From the IMG/VR virus record IMGVR_UViG_3300024500_000017: DNA of 37,861 nt; one strand, given 5' to 3'. Shown here piece after piece: positions 1 through 9,993 of this stretch. This stretch comes from an uncultured virus (IMG/VR IMGVR_UViG_3300024500_000017). Lineage: Duplodnaviria; Heunggongvirae; Uroviricota; Caudoviricetes. The translations under genes were made by a program, and so were the position numbers. Below the pieces are notes generated by a model. The model did not search any database. It was not told the origin of the DNA and was given only the letters and a program-made list of their open reading frames with translations. Numbering within the stretch: position 1 is the stretch's first letter; the number at the start of each line of letters is the position of its first letter.

Positions 1-1656
1 CCACTATCTCCAAGTACGGTCTCTCCCGTTCCTCCAAATAATGAGGATGGGTCAGACCACTACTTGAGTAGTGGTTTTTTTGGTTCATATGTAGATATTG
101 AAGGTGTTTATAGAACTGAATTTGATTTAATTAAAAGATATCGTGAAATGGCACTTCATCCAGAGTGTGATAGTGCCATTGAAGATATTGTAAATGAAGC
201 CATAGTGTCGGATACAAATGACAGTCCAGTAGAAATTGAACTTTCAAATCTGAACGCTAGTGATGGTATTAAGAATAAAATACGACAAGAATTCAAACAT
301 ATTTTATCACTTTTAGATTTTGATAAAAAATCTCACGAAATTTATAGGAATTGGTATATTGATGGAAGGTTATTTTATCACAAAGTAATTGATCTAAAGA
401 ATCCACAAGAAGGAATTCAAGAACTTCGTTACATAGACGCAATTAAAATGCGTTATGTGAGACAACATAAAAAGAATGAGAAAGATAACAACAGATATAG
501 ACTGTCTAATATAAATGCTGATAATCCAATGGATTATGAGTTTCCTGAAATTGAGGAATATTTCATCTATAATCCAAAGATGACATATCCAACCACAAAT
601 CCATCTTCTTTAGGTGGAAATACTGGAATTAAAATGTCAAAGGATTCTATCACATATTGCACCTCAGGTCTTGTAGATAGGAATAAGGGATCAACACTTT
701 CATATCTTCATAAAGCAATCAAGTCCCTCAATCAACTGCGAATGATTGAAGACTCACTGGTAATTTATCGTCTGTCTCGTGCGCCAGAAAGAAGAATTTT
801 TTATATTGATGTAGGTAATCTACCAAAGGTTAAGGCGGAACAATATCTTCGTGATGTTATGATGCGTTATCGCAATAAACTGGTATATGATGCAAGCACC
901 GGAGAAATTCGCGATGATAAAAAATTCATGGCAATGCTTGAGGACTTCTGGCTCCCAAGAAGAGAAGGTGGTAGAGGAACTGAAATCTCTACACTTCCTG
1001 GTGGTCAAAACCTTGGAGAGATTACAGATATTGAATATTTTAAGAAGAAACTTTATCGTTCACTAAATGTCCCACCATCAAGAATGGATGGAGAAGGTGG
1101 ATTTAATCTTGGTCGGTCATCAGAAATTCTGAGAGATGAAGTTAAGTTTAGCAAGTTTGTTGCTCGTTTGAGAAAAAGATTCTCATACATGTTCCATGAT
1201 ATGTTGAGAACGCAATTGATTCTCAAAAATATTATCACTCCAGAAGACTGGGAAATTATGAGTGAGCATATTCAATATGACTTCTTATATGATAATCACT
1301 TTGCTGAACTCAAGGATGCTGAGTTACTCAATGAAAGATTGAATATGGTTCAGATTGCAGAACCTTATGTTGGAAAGTATTTTTCTCAAGATTATTTGAG
1401 AAGAAAGATTCTTCGTCAAACTGATGAAGAAATTCTTGAGCAGGATAAAATTATGAAAAAAGAAATTAAAGATGGTATTATTCCAGATCCAAATGCACCA
1501 ATAGATCCAATGACAGGTATGCCATTAGAACCTGGACAACAACCTGCAGGAATGAATTTGGGACAACCAGTGATGGAACCAAATTTAGATGCTCAAGGTG
1601 CTGCCACCGAAGCAAGTGGTAAAATTGCAGAAATGCCTAAGGGTGGAGAAATTTAA
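1..1656 (+). CDS. gp20: Portal vertex protein gp20 (5'-truncated by window)
   Basis: T4-like portal motifs (YLHKAIKSLNQLRMIEDSLVIYRLSRAPERRIFYIDVGNLP, MLEDFWLPRREGGRGTEI). Frame 1 is open from base 1 (PLSPSTVSPVPPNNEDGSDHYL...), so the real start is upstream of the window, not the TTG at 64. Confidence 0.97.
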   Translation, partial: PLSPSTVSPVPPNNEDGSDHYLSSGFFGSYVDIEGVYRTEFDLIKRYREMALHPECDSAIEDIVNEAIVSDTNDSPVEIELSNLNASDGIKNKIRQEFKHILSLLDFDKKSHEIYRNWYIDGRLFYHKVIDLKNPQEGIQELRYIDAIKMRYVRQHKKNEKDNNRYRLSNINADNPMDYEFPEIEEYFIYNPKMTYPTTNPSSLGGNTGIKMSKDSITYCTSGLVDRNKGSTLSYLHKAIKSLNQLRMIEDSLVIYRLSRAPERRIFYIDVGNLPKVKAEQYLRDVMMRYRNKLVYDASTGEIRDDKKFMAMLEDFWLPRREGGRGTEISTLPGGQNLGEITDIEYFKKKLYRSLNVPPSRMDGEGGFNLGRSSEILRDEVKFSKFVARLRKRFSYMFHDMLRTQLILKNIITPEDWEIMSEHIQYDFLYDNHFAELKDAELLNERLNMVQIAEPYVGKYFSQDYLRRKILRQTDEEILEQDKIMKKEIKDGIIPDPNAPIDPMTGMPLEPGQQPAGMNLGQPVMEPNLDAQGAATEASGKIAEMPKGGEI

Positions 1657-1662
1657 TAAATA
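1656..1662 (+). promoter_or_regulatory. T4-type late promoter (ATAAATA)
   Basis: Near match to the gp55-dependent TATAAATA box, directly after the gp20 stop and upstream of ORF 1691. Confidence 0.7.
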
Positions 1663-1690
1663 CTAGAGATTACTTATGAGTTTATTAAAA

Positions 1691-1852
1691 ATGGATGATC
1701 TTATGGATATGATTGTCTCTGACGAATCACCTTCTCAGATTAGCGACAAAATTAAAGAACTTTTATTCACAAAATCAGCAGAAAAAATAGATTCTTTCCG
1801 ACCTTCTGTTGCAGTTTCAATGTTTTCTGGAGAAGTAGAAGAGGAACAATGA
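1691..1852 (+). CDS. Small head-module protein, 53 aa (not in ORF track)
   Basis: Hand translation MDDLMDMIVSDESPSQISDKIKELLFTKSAEKIDSFRPSVAVSMFSGEVEEEQ*. Follows a late promoter; ATGA overlap with the next gene; occupies the position of T4 gp67/68 core genes. Confidence 0.8.
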   Translation: MDDLMDMIVSDESPSQISDKIKELLFTKSAEKIDSFRPSVAVSMFSGEVEEEQ

Positions 1853-2169
1853 AATCATTTCAACAATTCATCTCAGAATCAGTAAATATTTCCGGAGATT
1901 TTAACGGAAATCTTTACATCAATTCTTCTCAACCAGAACAACAATCAGTTGGTGAAGGATATGTTGCAGATGTAGTATGGAATGGAAGTCTTTATAGGAT
2001 GGAATTGACCAGCAGAACTGGTATTCCATCAAAACAATCTTTAGGTGAAGAATTGCAAGCAGAATATCCAGGTGCAATTGTTCACCAGATTTATCCAATT
2101 GCAGAAAAGAACTGCAATATTAAAAAAGCAAGCAGATACCACCCATCAAAATTAGAATGGATTGATTGA
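1849..2169 (+). CDS. Hypothetical head-associated protein with CTS-like N-terminus (MKSFQQFISE)
   Basis: Coupled ORF in head module; first 10 aa resemble the T4 internal-protein capsid targeting sequence MKTYQEFIAE. Confidence 0.75.
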   Translation: MKSFQQFISESVNISGDFNGNLYINSSQPEQQSVGEGYVADVVWNGSLYRMELTSRTGIPSKQSLGEELQAEYPGAIVHQIYPIAEKNCNIKKASRYHPSKLEWID

Positions 2170-2172
2170 TAA

Positions 2173-3498
2173 ATGGCTCAGTGGAATAAGAATACTCAAG
2201 ATTATTTGAACCAAGAAAGAAGTCTTTTTGAGGTTTTTTTACAAGCAGATAAATTTGGAAATATTTTTGATCCATTAGGTCAAGGATTTTCAGGAGATCT
2301 TTTTGGTAGATTAAAAGTATCACAACCATTTACTCTTTTTGACTCAACTCATAGATATTCTCAAGATGGTGATTTTGATGATGTAATTCTTGGAGCAGGA
2401 TCTACTGTTGGAATTATAACACATCAAAGTACTGCAACATTAGGAATTGGTACTACTGCAGGTTGTTCTATTGTAAGAGAAAGTAAAAGAGTATTTTCAT
2501 ATCAACCTGGTAAAGCATTACAAGTTTTTCAAACATTTGTAATGGCATCACCAAAAGCAAATCTTACTCAAAGAGTTGGTTATGCATCATCAACAAATGG
2601 CGTAGTTTTAGAACAAGCAACTGATTCTACTGGAATTACCACAGTATACTGGGTAATGAGAACTGAAAGATCTGGTATTAGCACAGAAATTAAAGTTCCA
2701 CAATCCGAATGGAATATTGATACTTATGATGGTGTTGGAGTGGGAACAACATCTAAAAATTCAAGTGGACATAGATTGGATTTATCAATGGCACAAATTA
2801 TGTTCACCGAATATGAGTGGTTAGGTGTTGGTGCAGTTCGTTGCGGATTTGTAAATAAGGATGGTAATTTTCATATTACTCATATCTTTAATCATGCAAA
2901 TACAATTAATAGTACATATATGACAACTGCTACACTTCCAGTTAGATATGAAATATTAAACACTGGAGTCACAACATCTACATCAACAATGAAACAGATA
3001 TGCGTTTCTATTCAATCTAATGGTGGTTATGAAAAAAGGGTTGCATCAGATGTAGCAAGACAAGATGCACTAGTTTCAGTAGCATCTACAACTTTTATTC
3101 CTCTTGTAAGTATTCGTCTCAAAGCAGGAAGAGAAGATGCAGTTATTCTTCCGAATCAAATTAATGCACTTCCAGATAGTGCAACATCAGTTTATTATGA
3201 AGTCGCTCTCATTAAAAATGCAACTCTCAGTGGCGGAAGTTGGGTAAATTCTTCATCTCCAAATGTGGAGCAAAATACAACTGCAACTTCTATGTCTGGT
3301 GGAACAGTTGTTAGAGCAGAATATATTTCATCTGCAAATAAAGCATCAACTGCTTTAAACGAAAATACAGAATATAATTGGGATTTACAACTTGGAAGAA
3401 CTCAAGCAAAAGTTAGTGACACATTTACATTAGCAGTTAGAGCAATTTCTGGAAGTGGAAATTGTATTGGTGCTTTGAGTTTTTATGACTTAACTTGA
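2173..3498 (+). CDS. Putative virion structural protein, 441 aa, beta-rich
   Basis: Ser/Thr/Gly-rich with repeated GIGTT/GVGTT/VGIIT motifs typical of cyanophage virion proteins; between gp20 and gp21. Confidence 0.7.
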   Translation: MAQWNKNTQDYLNQERSLFEVFLQADKFGNIFDPLGQGFSGDLFGRLKVSQPFTLFDSTHRYSQDGDFDDVILGAGSTVGIITHQSTATLGIGTTAGCSIVRESKRVFSYQPGKALQVFQTFVMASPKANLTQRVGYASSTNGVVLEQATDSTGITTVYWVMRTERSGISTEIKVPQSEWNIDTYDGVGVGTTSKNSSGHRLDLSMAQIMFTEYEWLGVGAVRCGFVNKDGNFHITHIFNHANTINSTYMTTATLPVRYEILNTGVTTSTSTMKQICVSIQSNGGYEKRVASDVARQDALVSVASTTFIPLVSIRLKAGREDAVILPNQINALPDSATSVYYEVALIKNATLSGGSWVNSSSPNVEQNTTATSMSGGTVVRAEYISSANKASTALNENTEYNWDLQLGRTQAKVSDTFTLAVRAISGSGNCIGALSFYDLT

Positions 3499-3505
3499 TT
3501 AAATA

Positions 3506-3512
3506 ATAAATA
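3506..3512 (+). promoter_or_regulatory. Late promoter (ATAAATA)
   Basis: Intergenic, about 25 nt upstream of ATG 3537. Confidence 0.7.
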
Positions 3513-3536
3513 ACTAAAAGTGTATTATTAAAAATA

Positions 3537-4088
3537 ATGGCTCACAGACCAGTTGGGGCAGGTTCCTCATTTACATTTACTGCAGGTGCTGCAACAACAT
3601 CATCTGCATTTTCAGTACAATCAAGTGTTTTGAGAGTGGTTGCTGTTGGAGGAGCAGCTCATATTTCTGTGGGAGGAAATCCTTCAGCAACTTCCACTGA
3701 TTATTATATTTCTTCTGGTGGATCAGAAACTCTTGCATTGACTAAAGCATCAAATAAAGTTGTTGGAGTTACTACAGGTACAACAACAACTATTATTGTT
3801 CCAGAAGGAACTCAAGTTCCATTTGGGGTTGGTGATTATGTATCTTTAACAGTTGGTGGTCAGTCATATTATGATTTCACTCATAAACAAGTTTTGTCAG
3901 TTGATACGAGTGCCGGTATAAATGGTTATTATCAAACAAGAATGACCGTAGATAATAACTCTAGTGGAATTTTAACTGCATTTGCCCCAACAGATGCTAG
4001 TGTTTCGATTTCAAATAAAGTTTCTGCATATGGTGTCGGTTCAGGAACTCTTTATTACCAACAAGTACAAATCTCAGGACAAGCATGA
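3537..4088 (+). CDS. Putative virion structural protein, 183 aa
   Basis: Ser/Thr/Gly/Val-rich; late promoter upstream; overlaps gp21 start. Confidence 0.7.
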   Translation: MAHRPVGAGSSFTFTAGAATTSSAFSVQSSVLRVVAVGGAAHISVGGNPSATSTDYYISSGGSETLALTKASNKVVGVTTGTTTTIIVPEGTQVPFGVGDYVSLTVGGQSYYDFTHKQVLSVDTSAGINGYYQTRMTVDNNSSGILTAFAPTDASVSISNKVSAYGVGSGTLYYQQVQISGQA

Positions 4089-4738
4089 TGAAACTTATCA
4101 GAGAAGAAGTAGAAAAAGTAGAAGTTATCACCGAAACTGTAGGTGGTAAAAAACAACTTTATATTCAGGGAGTTTTCCTCCAAAGTGAATGTGTTAATCG
4201 TAATGGTAGAATGTATCCTTTCCAAATTATGGAAAGAGAAGTTAACCGTTATAATGAAAATTATGTTCAAAAAGGTAGAGCACTTGGCGAATTAGGTCAT
4301 CCAGATGGACCTACTGTAAATCTTGATAGAGTTTCTCATAAAATTACAGAACTCAAGCAAAGTGGTAATAACTTTATTGGTAAGGCACAAATTTTATCCA
4401 CTCCAATGGGTAAAATTGCCGAATCACTTCTCAAAGATGGAGTGACTCTTGGTGTTTCATCTCGTGGAATTGGTTCTTTAAGAGAAAATACTAAAGGATT
4501 TAAAGAAGTTGGTGAAGATTTTATGCTTGCAACTGCAGCAGATATTGTTGCAGATCCTTCTGCACCTGACGCTTTTGTTCAGGGAATTATGGAAGGTAAA
4601 GAGTGGATTTGGGATGGTGGTATTTTGCGAGAGAAATTAGCAGAGAATACCAAAAGAAAAATTAATGCTCTAGTTGATCAAAGAATACTAGAAGAACATA
4701 AAATTAAATTATTCAATGAGTTTTTAAATTCATTGTAA
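4085..4738 (+). CDS. gp21: Prohead protease gp21
   Basis: Motifs NRNGRMYP, ALGELGHP, GVSSRGIGS, DIVADPSAPDAFV; N-terminal MKLIRE propeptide. Confidence 0.97.
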   Translation: MMKLIREEVEKVEVITETVGGKKQLYIQGVFLQSECVNRNGRMYPFQIMEREVNRYNENYVQKGRALGELGHPDGPTVNLDRVSHKITELKQSGNNFIGKAQILSTPMGKIAESLLKDGVTLGVSSRGIGSLRENTKGFKEVGEDFMLATAADIVADPSAPDAFVQGIMEGKEWIWDGGILREKLAENTKRKINALVDQRILEEHKIKLFNEFLNSL

Positions 4739-4748
4739 TTTATTAATT

Positions 4749-4756
4749 TATAAATA
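4749..4756 (+). promoter_or_regulatory. Late promoter TATAAATA for gp22-gp23
   Basis: Perfect T4 late consensus in the intergenic gap; GGAG ribosome-binding site before ATG 4796. Confidence 0.85.
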
Positions 4757-4795
4757 AATATAGATTAAATTACTAAGGTTAATCGGAGAGTTCAA

Positions 4796-5950
4796 ATGTC
4801 TCGTGGAGATTTACAAGAAATGGAAGTAGGCACTAAGCAATCCAAAACCGCCGTTAATGCAAATGCAAAGGCTGGAGAAGCAATGCCAAACCTATCAGGC
4901 AATATTCCTGATGGACAAACGGGCGGATGGGAAGATCTTGGAGGTCCAGATCCTTCCAACTACCGTCCAGATGATGATTCTGCAAAACTTAAAACACCTG
5001 GAGGAACCCTTAAGCAAGTTAAGGATGTTGTCAACAAAGGTGCTAAACCTGCGGAAGCAATGAAAGGTGTTAAGGAAGATGAAGAACTTGAGTATGATGA
5101 AGATGAAGAGCTCCTAGAAGCCGCTAAGGAAGAAGAGGAAGGAGAAGAGGAAGAAGAAGGCGGTAAGAAAGGCAAAAAGAAGGAAGAAGAGGAAGGAGAA
5201 GAAGAAGAAGAAATGGAAGAAGAGTTTAGCATCGAAGAAGATGTTAATGCTCTGCTTGCTGGCGAAGAACTCTCCGAAGAGTTCCAAGAAAAAGCAAGAA
5301 CCATTTTTGAAGCTGCTCTTCGTTCCAAAGTTTCTGATATTAAAGAAGCACTTGAAGAGCAGTATGTTGCTGCTCTTGCAGAAGAAGTTCAAGAAATTAA
5401 AACTGAACTTTCGGAGCGCGTAGATGCATACCTTGAGTATGTATCTGAAGAGTGGATGCAAGAAAATATTCTTGCAGTTGAAAGCGGTCTTAAGACCGAA
5501 ATGACCGAATCATTCCTTGCAGGAATGAAGGGTCTTTTTGAAGAACATTATGTATCAATCCCTGAAGATAAATATAATGTGCTTGAAAGCATGGTAGAAA
5601 AACTTGATGAAATGGAGACAAAACTCAACGAGCAAATTGAGAAGAACATTTCACTTAACAAGCGTCTCGCAGAGTCGGTTGCTGATGGAATCTTTGAAGA
5701 AGTCGCTGAAGGTCTAGCAGACACTCAGAAAGACAAGCTCGCTTCACTTGCCGAAAGTGTTGAGTTTGAAAGTGAAGCAAAATATCGTGAAAAGCTGGAG
5801 ACTTTGAAGGAATCATATTTTCCTTCAAGAGTAGTTTCTCCACAGGCCAGAACTGAAACTTTGTCGGATGGTATGGATCCAGCACCTGAAGTAATTTCCG
5901 GTCAAATGGCTACCTACCTAAGAACTCTTCAGGCAGTCGCCAAAAACTGA
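4796..5950 (+). CDS. gp22: Prohead core scaffold protein gp22
   Basis: Highly acidic coiled-coil protein between gp21 and gp23; LSEEFQEKARTIFEAA and YREKLETLKESYF motifs. Confidence 0.95.
   Translation: MSRGDLQEMEVGTKQSKTAVNANAKAGEAMPNLSGNIPDGQTGGWEDLGGPDPSNYRPDDDSAKLKTPGGTLKQVKDVVNKGAKPAEAMKGVKEDEELEYDEDEELLEAAKEEEEGEEEEEGGKKGKKKEEEEGEEEEEMEEEFSIEEDVNALLAGEELSEEFQEKARTIFEAALRSKVSDIKEALEEQYVAALAEEVQEIKTELSERVDAYLEYVSEEWMQENILAVESGLKTEMTESFLAGMKGLFEEHYVSIPEDKYNVLESMVEKLDEMETKLNEQIEKNISLNKRLAESVADGIFEEVAEGLADTQKDKLASLAESVEFESEAKYREKLETLKESYFPSRVVSPQARTETLSDGMDPAPEVISGQMATYLRTLQAVAKN
5126..5212 (+). repeat. 33-bp direct repeat inside gp22 (5126-5158 and 5180-5212)
   Basis: AAGGAAGAAGAGGAAGGAGAAGARGAAGAAGAA occurs twice with one mismatch, encoding KEEEEGEEEEE twice. 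Confidence 0.8.
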
Positions 5951-6002
5951 ACTTAATATTAATCAAACCCAAAAATCACTTTAGTAAAAAAGGTAAACGC
6001 AA

Positions 6003-7433
6003 ATGTTCCATTCTGAGCATCTGCAGGAAAAGTGGGCACCTCTACTAGATTATCAGGGTATCGACCCTATCAAAGATTCTCATCGTAGAGCTGTAACCGC
6101 TGTCCTGCTCGAAAACCAAGAAAAATTTTTAAGAGAGCAATCTGCTTTCGACAACGGTTCCATGAGTATGCTCATGGAGTCACCAACCAACAGCGGTAAT
6201 GCTGCTGGTGCTAGTGGTGCTTTCGGTGGCGGTTCCGCTGCTGGTGGTCCTACTGCAGGTTTTGATCCAGTTCTGATTTCACTCATTCGTCGTTCAATGC
6301 CCAACCTGGTCGCTTATGACCTGGCTGGCGTTCAACCAATGAGTGGTCCTACTGGACTTATCTTCGCAATGCGTTCCCGCTATACCAACCAAAGCGGAAC
6401 TGAAACCTTCTTCAATGAAGTAGATACTGCATTCTCCGGTCAAGACGCAGGTTTTGATGAGGCTGCAGGATTTACTGAAGTTGGCGTTGGTATGGGTACT
6501 ACTGCACAAGCAGGAAGCAACCCATCAGTTCTAAACCCAGTTGGTAGCGCAACCTCAACCGCCTACAATGTAGGTCAGGGTATGGTTACTGGCGACGCAG
6601 AAAACCTTGATGGTACAGCTGGTGATGCATTCAACCAGATGGCATTCTCAATCGAGAAAGTCACTGTTACTGCAAAGTCACGCGCTCTGAAAGCTGAGTA
6701 CTCATTAGAACTCGCTCAAGACCTCAAGGCAATCCATGGTCTGAATGCTGAAGCGGAATTAGCAAACATTCTCTCAACTGAGATTCTTGCTGAAATCAAC
6801 CGCGAAGTTATCAGAACCATCTATAAGGTTGCTGAACAGGGTGCTGTTCAAAACACTGCAACAGCTGGTATCTTCGACCTCGATGTTGACTCCAACGGTC
6901 GTTGGTCAGTTGAGAAGTTCAAGGGTCTCCTATTCCAAATCGAGCGTGATGCTAACGCAATCGCACAAAGAACTCGTCGCGGAAAGGGTAACATCATCAT
7001 GTGTTCTGCTGATGTTGCTTCAGCACTAACCATGGCTGGTGTTCTAGACTACACCCCTGCACTTAACGCTAATCTGTCTGTTGATGACACCGGCAATACT
7101 TTTGCTGGTACTCTAATGGGCAAATTCCGCGTCTACATTGACCCATATTCTGCTAACCTCACTGCGGGTAACACCTCACCAGGTAACCAGTATTATGTTG
7201 TTGGTTATAAGGGTGCTTCCCCTTATGACGCTGGACTCTTCTATTGTCCTTATGTTCCTCTCCAAATGGTTCGTGCCGTTGGTGAGAACTCCTTCCAGCC
7301 TAAGATTGGCTTTAAGACCCGTTATGGTCTTGTTGCTAACCCATTTGCAGAAGGAACCAATCAGGGTCTCGGTCGTCTTCAGACCAACCAGAACCGCTAC
7401 TACAGAAGAGTTGCTGTTAAGAACCTCATGTGA
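6003..7433 (+). CDS. gp23: Major capsid protein gp23
   Basis: GVQPMSGPTGLIFAMRSRY, KSRALKAEYSLELAQDLKAIHGLNAEAEL, FQPKIGFKTRYG motifs. Confidence 0.99.
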   Translation: MFHSEHLQEKWAPLLDYQGIDPIKDSHRRAVTAVLLENQEKFLREQSAFDNGSMSMLMESPTNSGNAAGASGAFGGGSAAGGPTAGFDPVLISLIRRSMPNLVAYDLAGVQPMSGPTGLIFAMRSRYTNQSGTETFFNEVDTAFSGQDAGFDEAAGFTEVGVGMGTTAQAGSNPSVLNPVGSATSTAYNVGQGMVTGDAENLDGTAGDAFNQMAFSIEKVTVTAKSRALKAEYSLELAQDLKAIHGLNAEAELANILSTEILAEINREVIRTIYKVAEQGAVQNTATAGIFDLDVDSNGRWSVEKFKGLLFQIERDANAIAQRTRRGKGNIIMCSADVASALTMAGVLDYTPALNANLSVDDTGNTFAGTLMGKFRVYIDPYSANLTAGNTSPGNQYYVVGYKGASPYDAGLFYCPYVPLQMVRAVGENSFQPKIGFKTRYGLVANPFAEGTNQGLGRLQTNQNRYYRRVAVKNLM

Positions 7434-7455
7434 TCAATATCACATAAGATTATCG

Positions 7456-7482
7456 AGAGACCCCAAAAGGGTCTCTTTTTTT
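7456..7482 (+). terminator. Rho-independent terminator after gp23
   Basis: AGAGACCC-CAAAA-GGGTCTCT followed by a T run; late box CTAAATA follows at 7485-7491. Confidence 0.9.
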
Positions 7483-7500
7483 ATCTAAATATTTAAAAAA

Positions 7501-8061
7501 ATGACGACCAACTCATTTAAGAATCAAATACAGAATAGAAATTTTCTAGCACCTGTTGGATTTAAATTTATTTTAAATAGAGCACCTAAAGTTGCCTTTT
7601 TTAGTAATTCTGCAAATATACCTGGATTAACTTTAGGAATTGCCAATCAACCATCATATTTGAGAGACATACCTCAACCTGGGGAAAAGATAGAGTTTGA
7701 AGATTTCACTCTTAGGTTTTTAGTTGATGAGGATTTGACGAATTACACTGAAATTTCAAACTGGATTCGTGGTCTTGGATTTCCCGAATCCTTGGAAGAA
7801 ATATACGAATTACAAACTTCAAATCCAAATATGAATCAACCAAGAAAAGGATTGATGAATCTGTATTCGGATGGAACTTTAACTGTTTTAACAAGCAGCC
7901 AAAATGCAAACTTTAAAATAAAATTTAGAGACTTGTTTCCTTATAATTTGACTACATTACAATTTGATGCTACAGAAACAGACATTCAATACTTTACAGC
8001 AGAAGTATCTTTCAAGTATACTATGTTTAATATTACAGATTTGAATGGCGATCCTTTATGA
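7501..8061 (+). CDS. gp3: Tail completion / tube terminator gp3-like protein
   Basis: NFLAPVGFKF, ANIPGLTLG, FLVDEDLTNYTEISNWIRGLGFP motifs; gp23-gp3-uvsY-uvsW order of T4-like cyanophages. Confidence 0.88.
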   Translation: MTTNSFKNQIQNRNFLAPVGFKFILNRAPKVAFFSNSANIPGLTLGIANQPSYLRDIPQPGEKIEFEDFTLRFLVDEDLTNYTEISNWIRGLGFPESLEEIYELQTSNPNMNQPRKGLMNLYSDGTLTVLTSSQNANFKIKFRDLFPYNLTTLQFDATETDIQYFTAEVSFKYTMFNITDLNGDPL

Positions 8062-8495
8062 GTTTTGATCTTGATACTATTCAAAAAATGTGGGAGCAGG
8101 ACTCCAAAATTGACATGGATAATCTTCATACGGAATCTACAAATATTCCCATCCTTCACGCAAAATATTTTGATCTATACAATACCATTTTTTTGTTGAG
8201 AAAAAAAGCAGAACAACAAAAAAGAAATATTAGACATGAAAGATATGAATACTATTCTGGGAAGGCAGATCCTGATGTTTATGTGGAAAATCCATTTCCC
8301 AAAAAAATCAGGGATAAAGACACTATGCAAAAATATTTGGATGCCGATGAAAAATTGTCAACTGTTTGTTTGAAAATAGATTATTATGACACTATGCTTG
8401 TTTATATTGAAAGCATTTTAAAAATGATTCAAAATAGAACATATCAAATCAAGAATGCAATTGAATTTATGAGATTTAACGCTGGACTAGGGTAA
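8058..8495 (+). CDS. uvsY: Recombination mediator UvsY
   Basis: IPILHAKY and RTYQIKNAIEF motifs; size and synteny. Confidence 0.9.
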   Translation: MSFDLDTIQKMWEQDSKIDMDNLHTESTNIPILHAKYFDLYNTIFLLRKKAEQQKRNIRHERYEYYSGKADPDVYVENPFPKKIRDKDTMQKYLDADEKLSTVCLKIDYYDTMLVYIESILKMIQNRTYQIKNAIEFMRFNAGLG

Positions 8496-8523
8496 ATAAA
8501 TATTCACAGATGAATGAATCATC

Positions 8524-9993
8524 GTGAACACAACCGATCTTATTATTTCTAAATCAAACGAAGTATTTTTAAAAATCAATACAGAACCTCATATTGAGTA
8601 TGAACTTAGAGATCACTTTAAGTTTGAGGTTCCTAATGCAAAATTTATGCCTCAGTATAGAGGTAGAAATTGGAATGGAGAAATTCATTTATATGATATG
8701 AGATCGAAACAAATATATGTTGGTCTCTTAGATAAAATTGTAAATTTTTGCAATCAATACGGATATTCTTATAAGTTTGAAGATAACAAATTTTACGGAC
8801 AACCTTTCGAAATAAATCAAAATATTTCATATGAAGGTGTAAAAGACTATATGAAATCTATTTGTGCTCATTCTCCACGGGAGTATCAAGTAGAGGGAGT
8901 ATACGATGCTCTACGACATAACCGAAAATTATTGATATCACCCACAGCCTCAGGAAAATCCTTGATGATTTATTCCCTCGTAAGGTATTATGTAGATAAA
9001 GGACAAAAAATTCTTCTAGTTGTTCCAACGACATCTTTGGTAGAGCAGATGTACAAGGATTTCCAAGACTATGGTTGGGATGCTGATTCATATTGTCACC
9101 GTATTTATTCGGGTAAAGAAAAAACAAATGAATATTCTGTAACGATCACAACTTGGCAGTCTGTTTATAAACTAGAGAGATCTTTTTTTGAAGAATATAA
9201 TGTAATTATAGGCGATGAAGCTCATCTTTTCAAGAGCAAATCCTTGATAGAAATTATGACCAAACTTCATCATGCAAAATATCGTTTTGGTTTTACTGGA
9301 ACTCTTGATGGAACACAAACACATAAATGGGTTTTAGAGGGGTTATTTGGTCCATCTTATAAAGTTACCAAAACAGATGAATTGATGAGGCAAGGTCATT
9401 TATCACAATTAGATATTCAGTGTATTGTTTTAAAACATAATCCACAAAAATTTGAAACTTATGAAGATGAGATTCAATATTTAATTTCTCATGAACAAAG
9501 AAATAAATTTATTACAAATCTTGCATTAGATTTAAAAGGAAATACCCTTATTTTATTTTCAAGAGTAGAAGCGCATGGAGCTATCTTATTTGAAAAGATA
9601 AATACTAATAAGCGAAATGATCGTAAAGTATTTTTTATTCATGGTGGAGTTGACGCTGAAGAAAGAGAATTGGTTAGAGAAATTACAGAAAGAGAAAATA
9701 ATGCAATTATTGTTGCATCTTATGGAACTTTTTCTACCGGAATCAACATCAAAAATTTACATAATGTTATTTTTGCCTCACCAAGCAAATCAAGAATTCG
9801 TAATCTTCAAAGCATTGGACGAGTTCTTAGAAAAGGAAAAGACAAAGTAAAAGCAACACTTTATGATATCGCTGATGACTGTACATATAACGCAAGAAAA
9901 AATTATACTCTAAATCATCTCATTGAAAGAATTAAGATCTATAATGAAGAGAATTTTAATTACGATATAATTACAATTAATTTAAAAAAATGA
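8524..9993 (+). CDS. uvsW: RNA-DNA/DNA helicase UvsW (SF2)
   Basis: SPTASGKS, DEAH, GFTGT and QSIGRVLR helicase motifs; GTG start; late box ATAAATA at 8496-8502. Confidence 0.96.
   Translation: MNTTDLIISKSNEVFLKINTEPHIEYELRDHFKFEVPNAKFMPQYRGRNWNGEIHLYDMRSKQIYVGLLDKIVNFCNQYGYSYKFEDNKFYGQPFEINQNISYEGVKDYMKSICAHSPREYQVEGVYDALRHNRKLLISPTASGKSLMIYSLVRYYVDKGQKILLVVPTTSLVEQMYKDFQDYGWDADSYCHRIYSGKEKTNEYSVTITTWQSVYKLERSFFEEYNVIIGDEAHLFKSKSLIEIMTKLHHAKYRFGFTGTLDGTQTHKWVLEGLFGPSYKVTKTDELMRQGHLSQLDIQCIVLKHNPQKFETYEDEIQYLISHEQRNKFITNLALDLKGNTLILFSRVEAHGAILFEKINTNKRNDRKVFFIHGGVDAEERELVREITERENNAIIVASYGTFSTGINIKNLHNVIFASPSKSRIRNLQSIGRVLRKGKDKVKATLYDIADDCTYNARKNYTLNHLIERIKIYNEENFNYDIITINLKK

Noticed and set aside
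4960..5461. Ser-rich and Phe-rich minus-strand ORFs
   Set aside because: Reverse complement of the GAA-rich gp22 linker.
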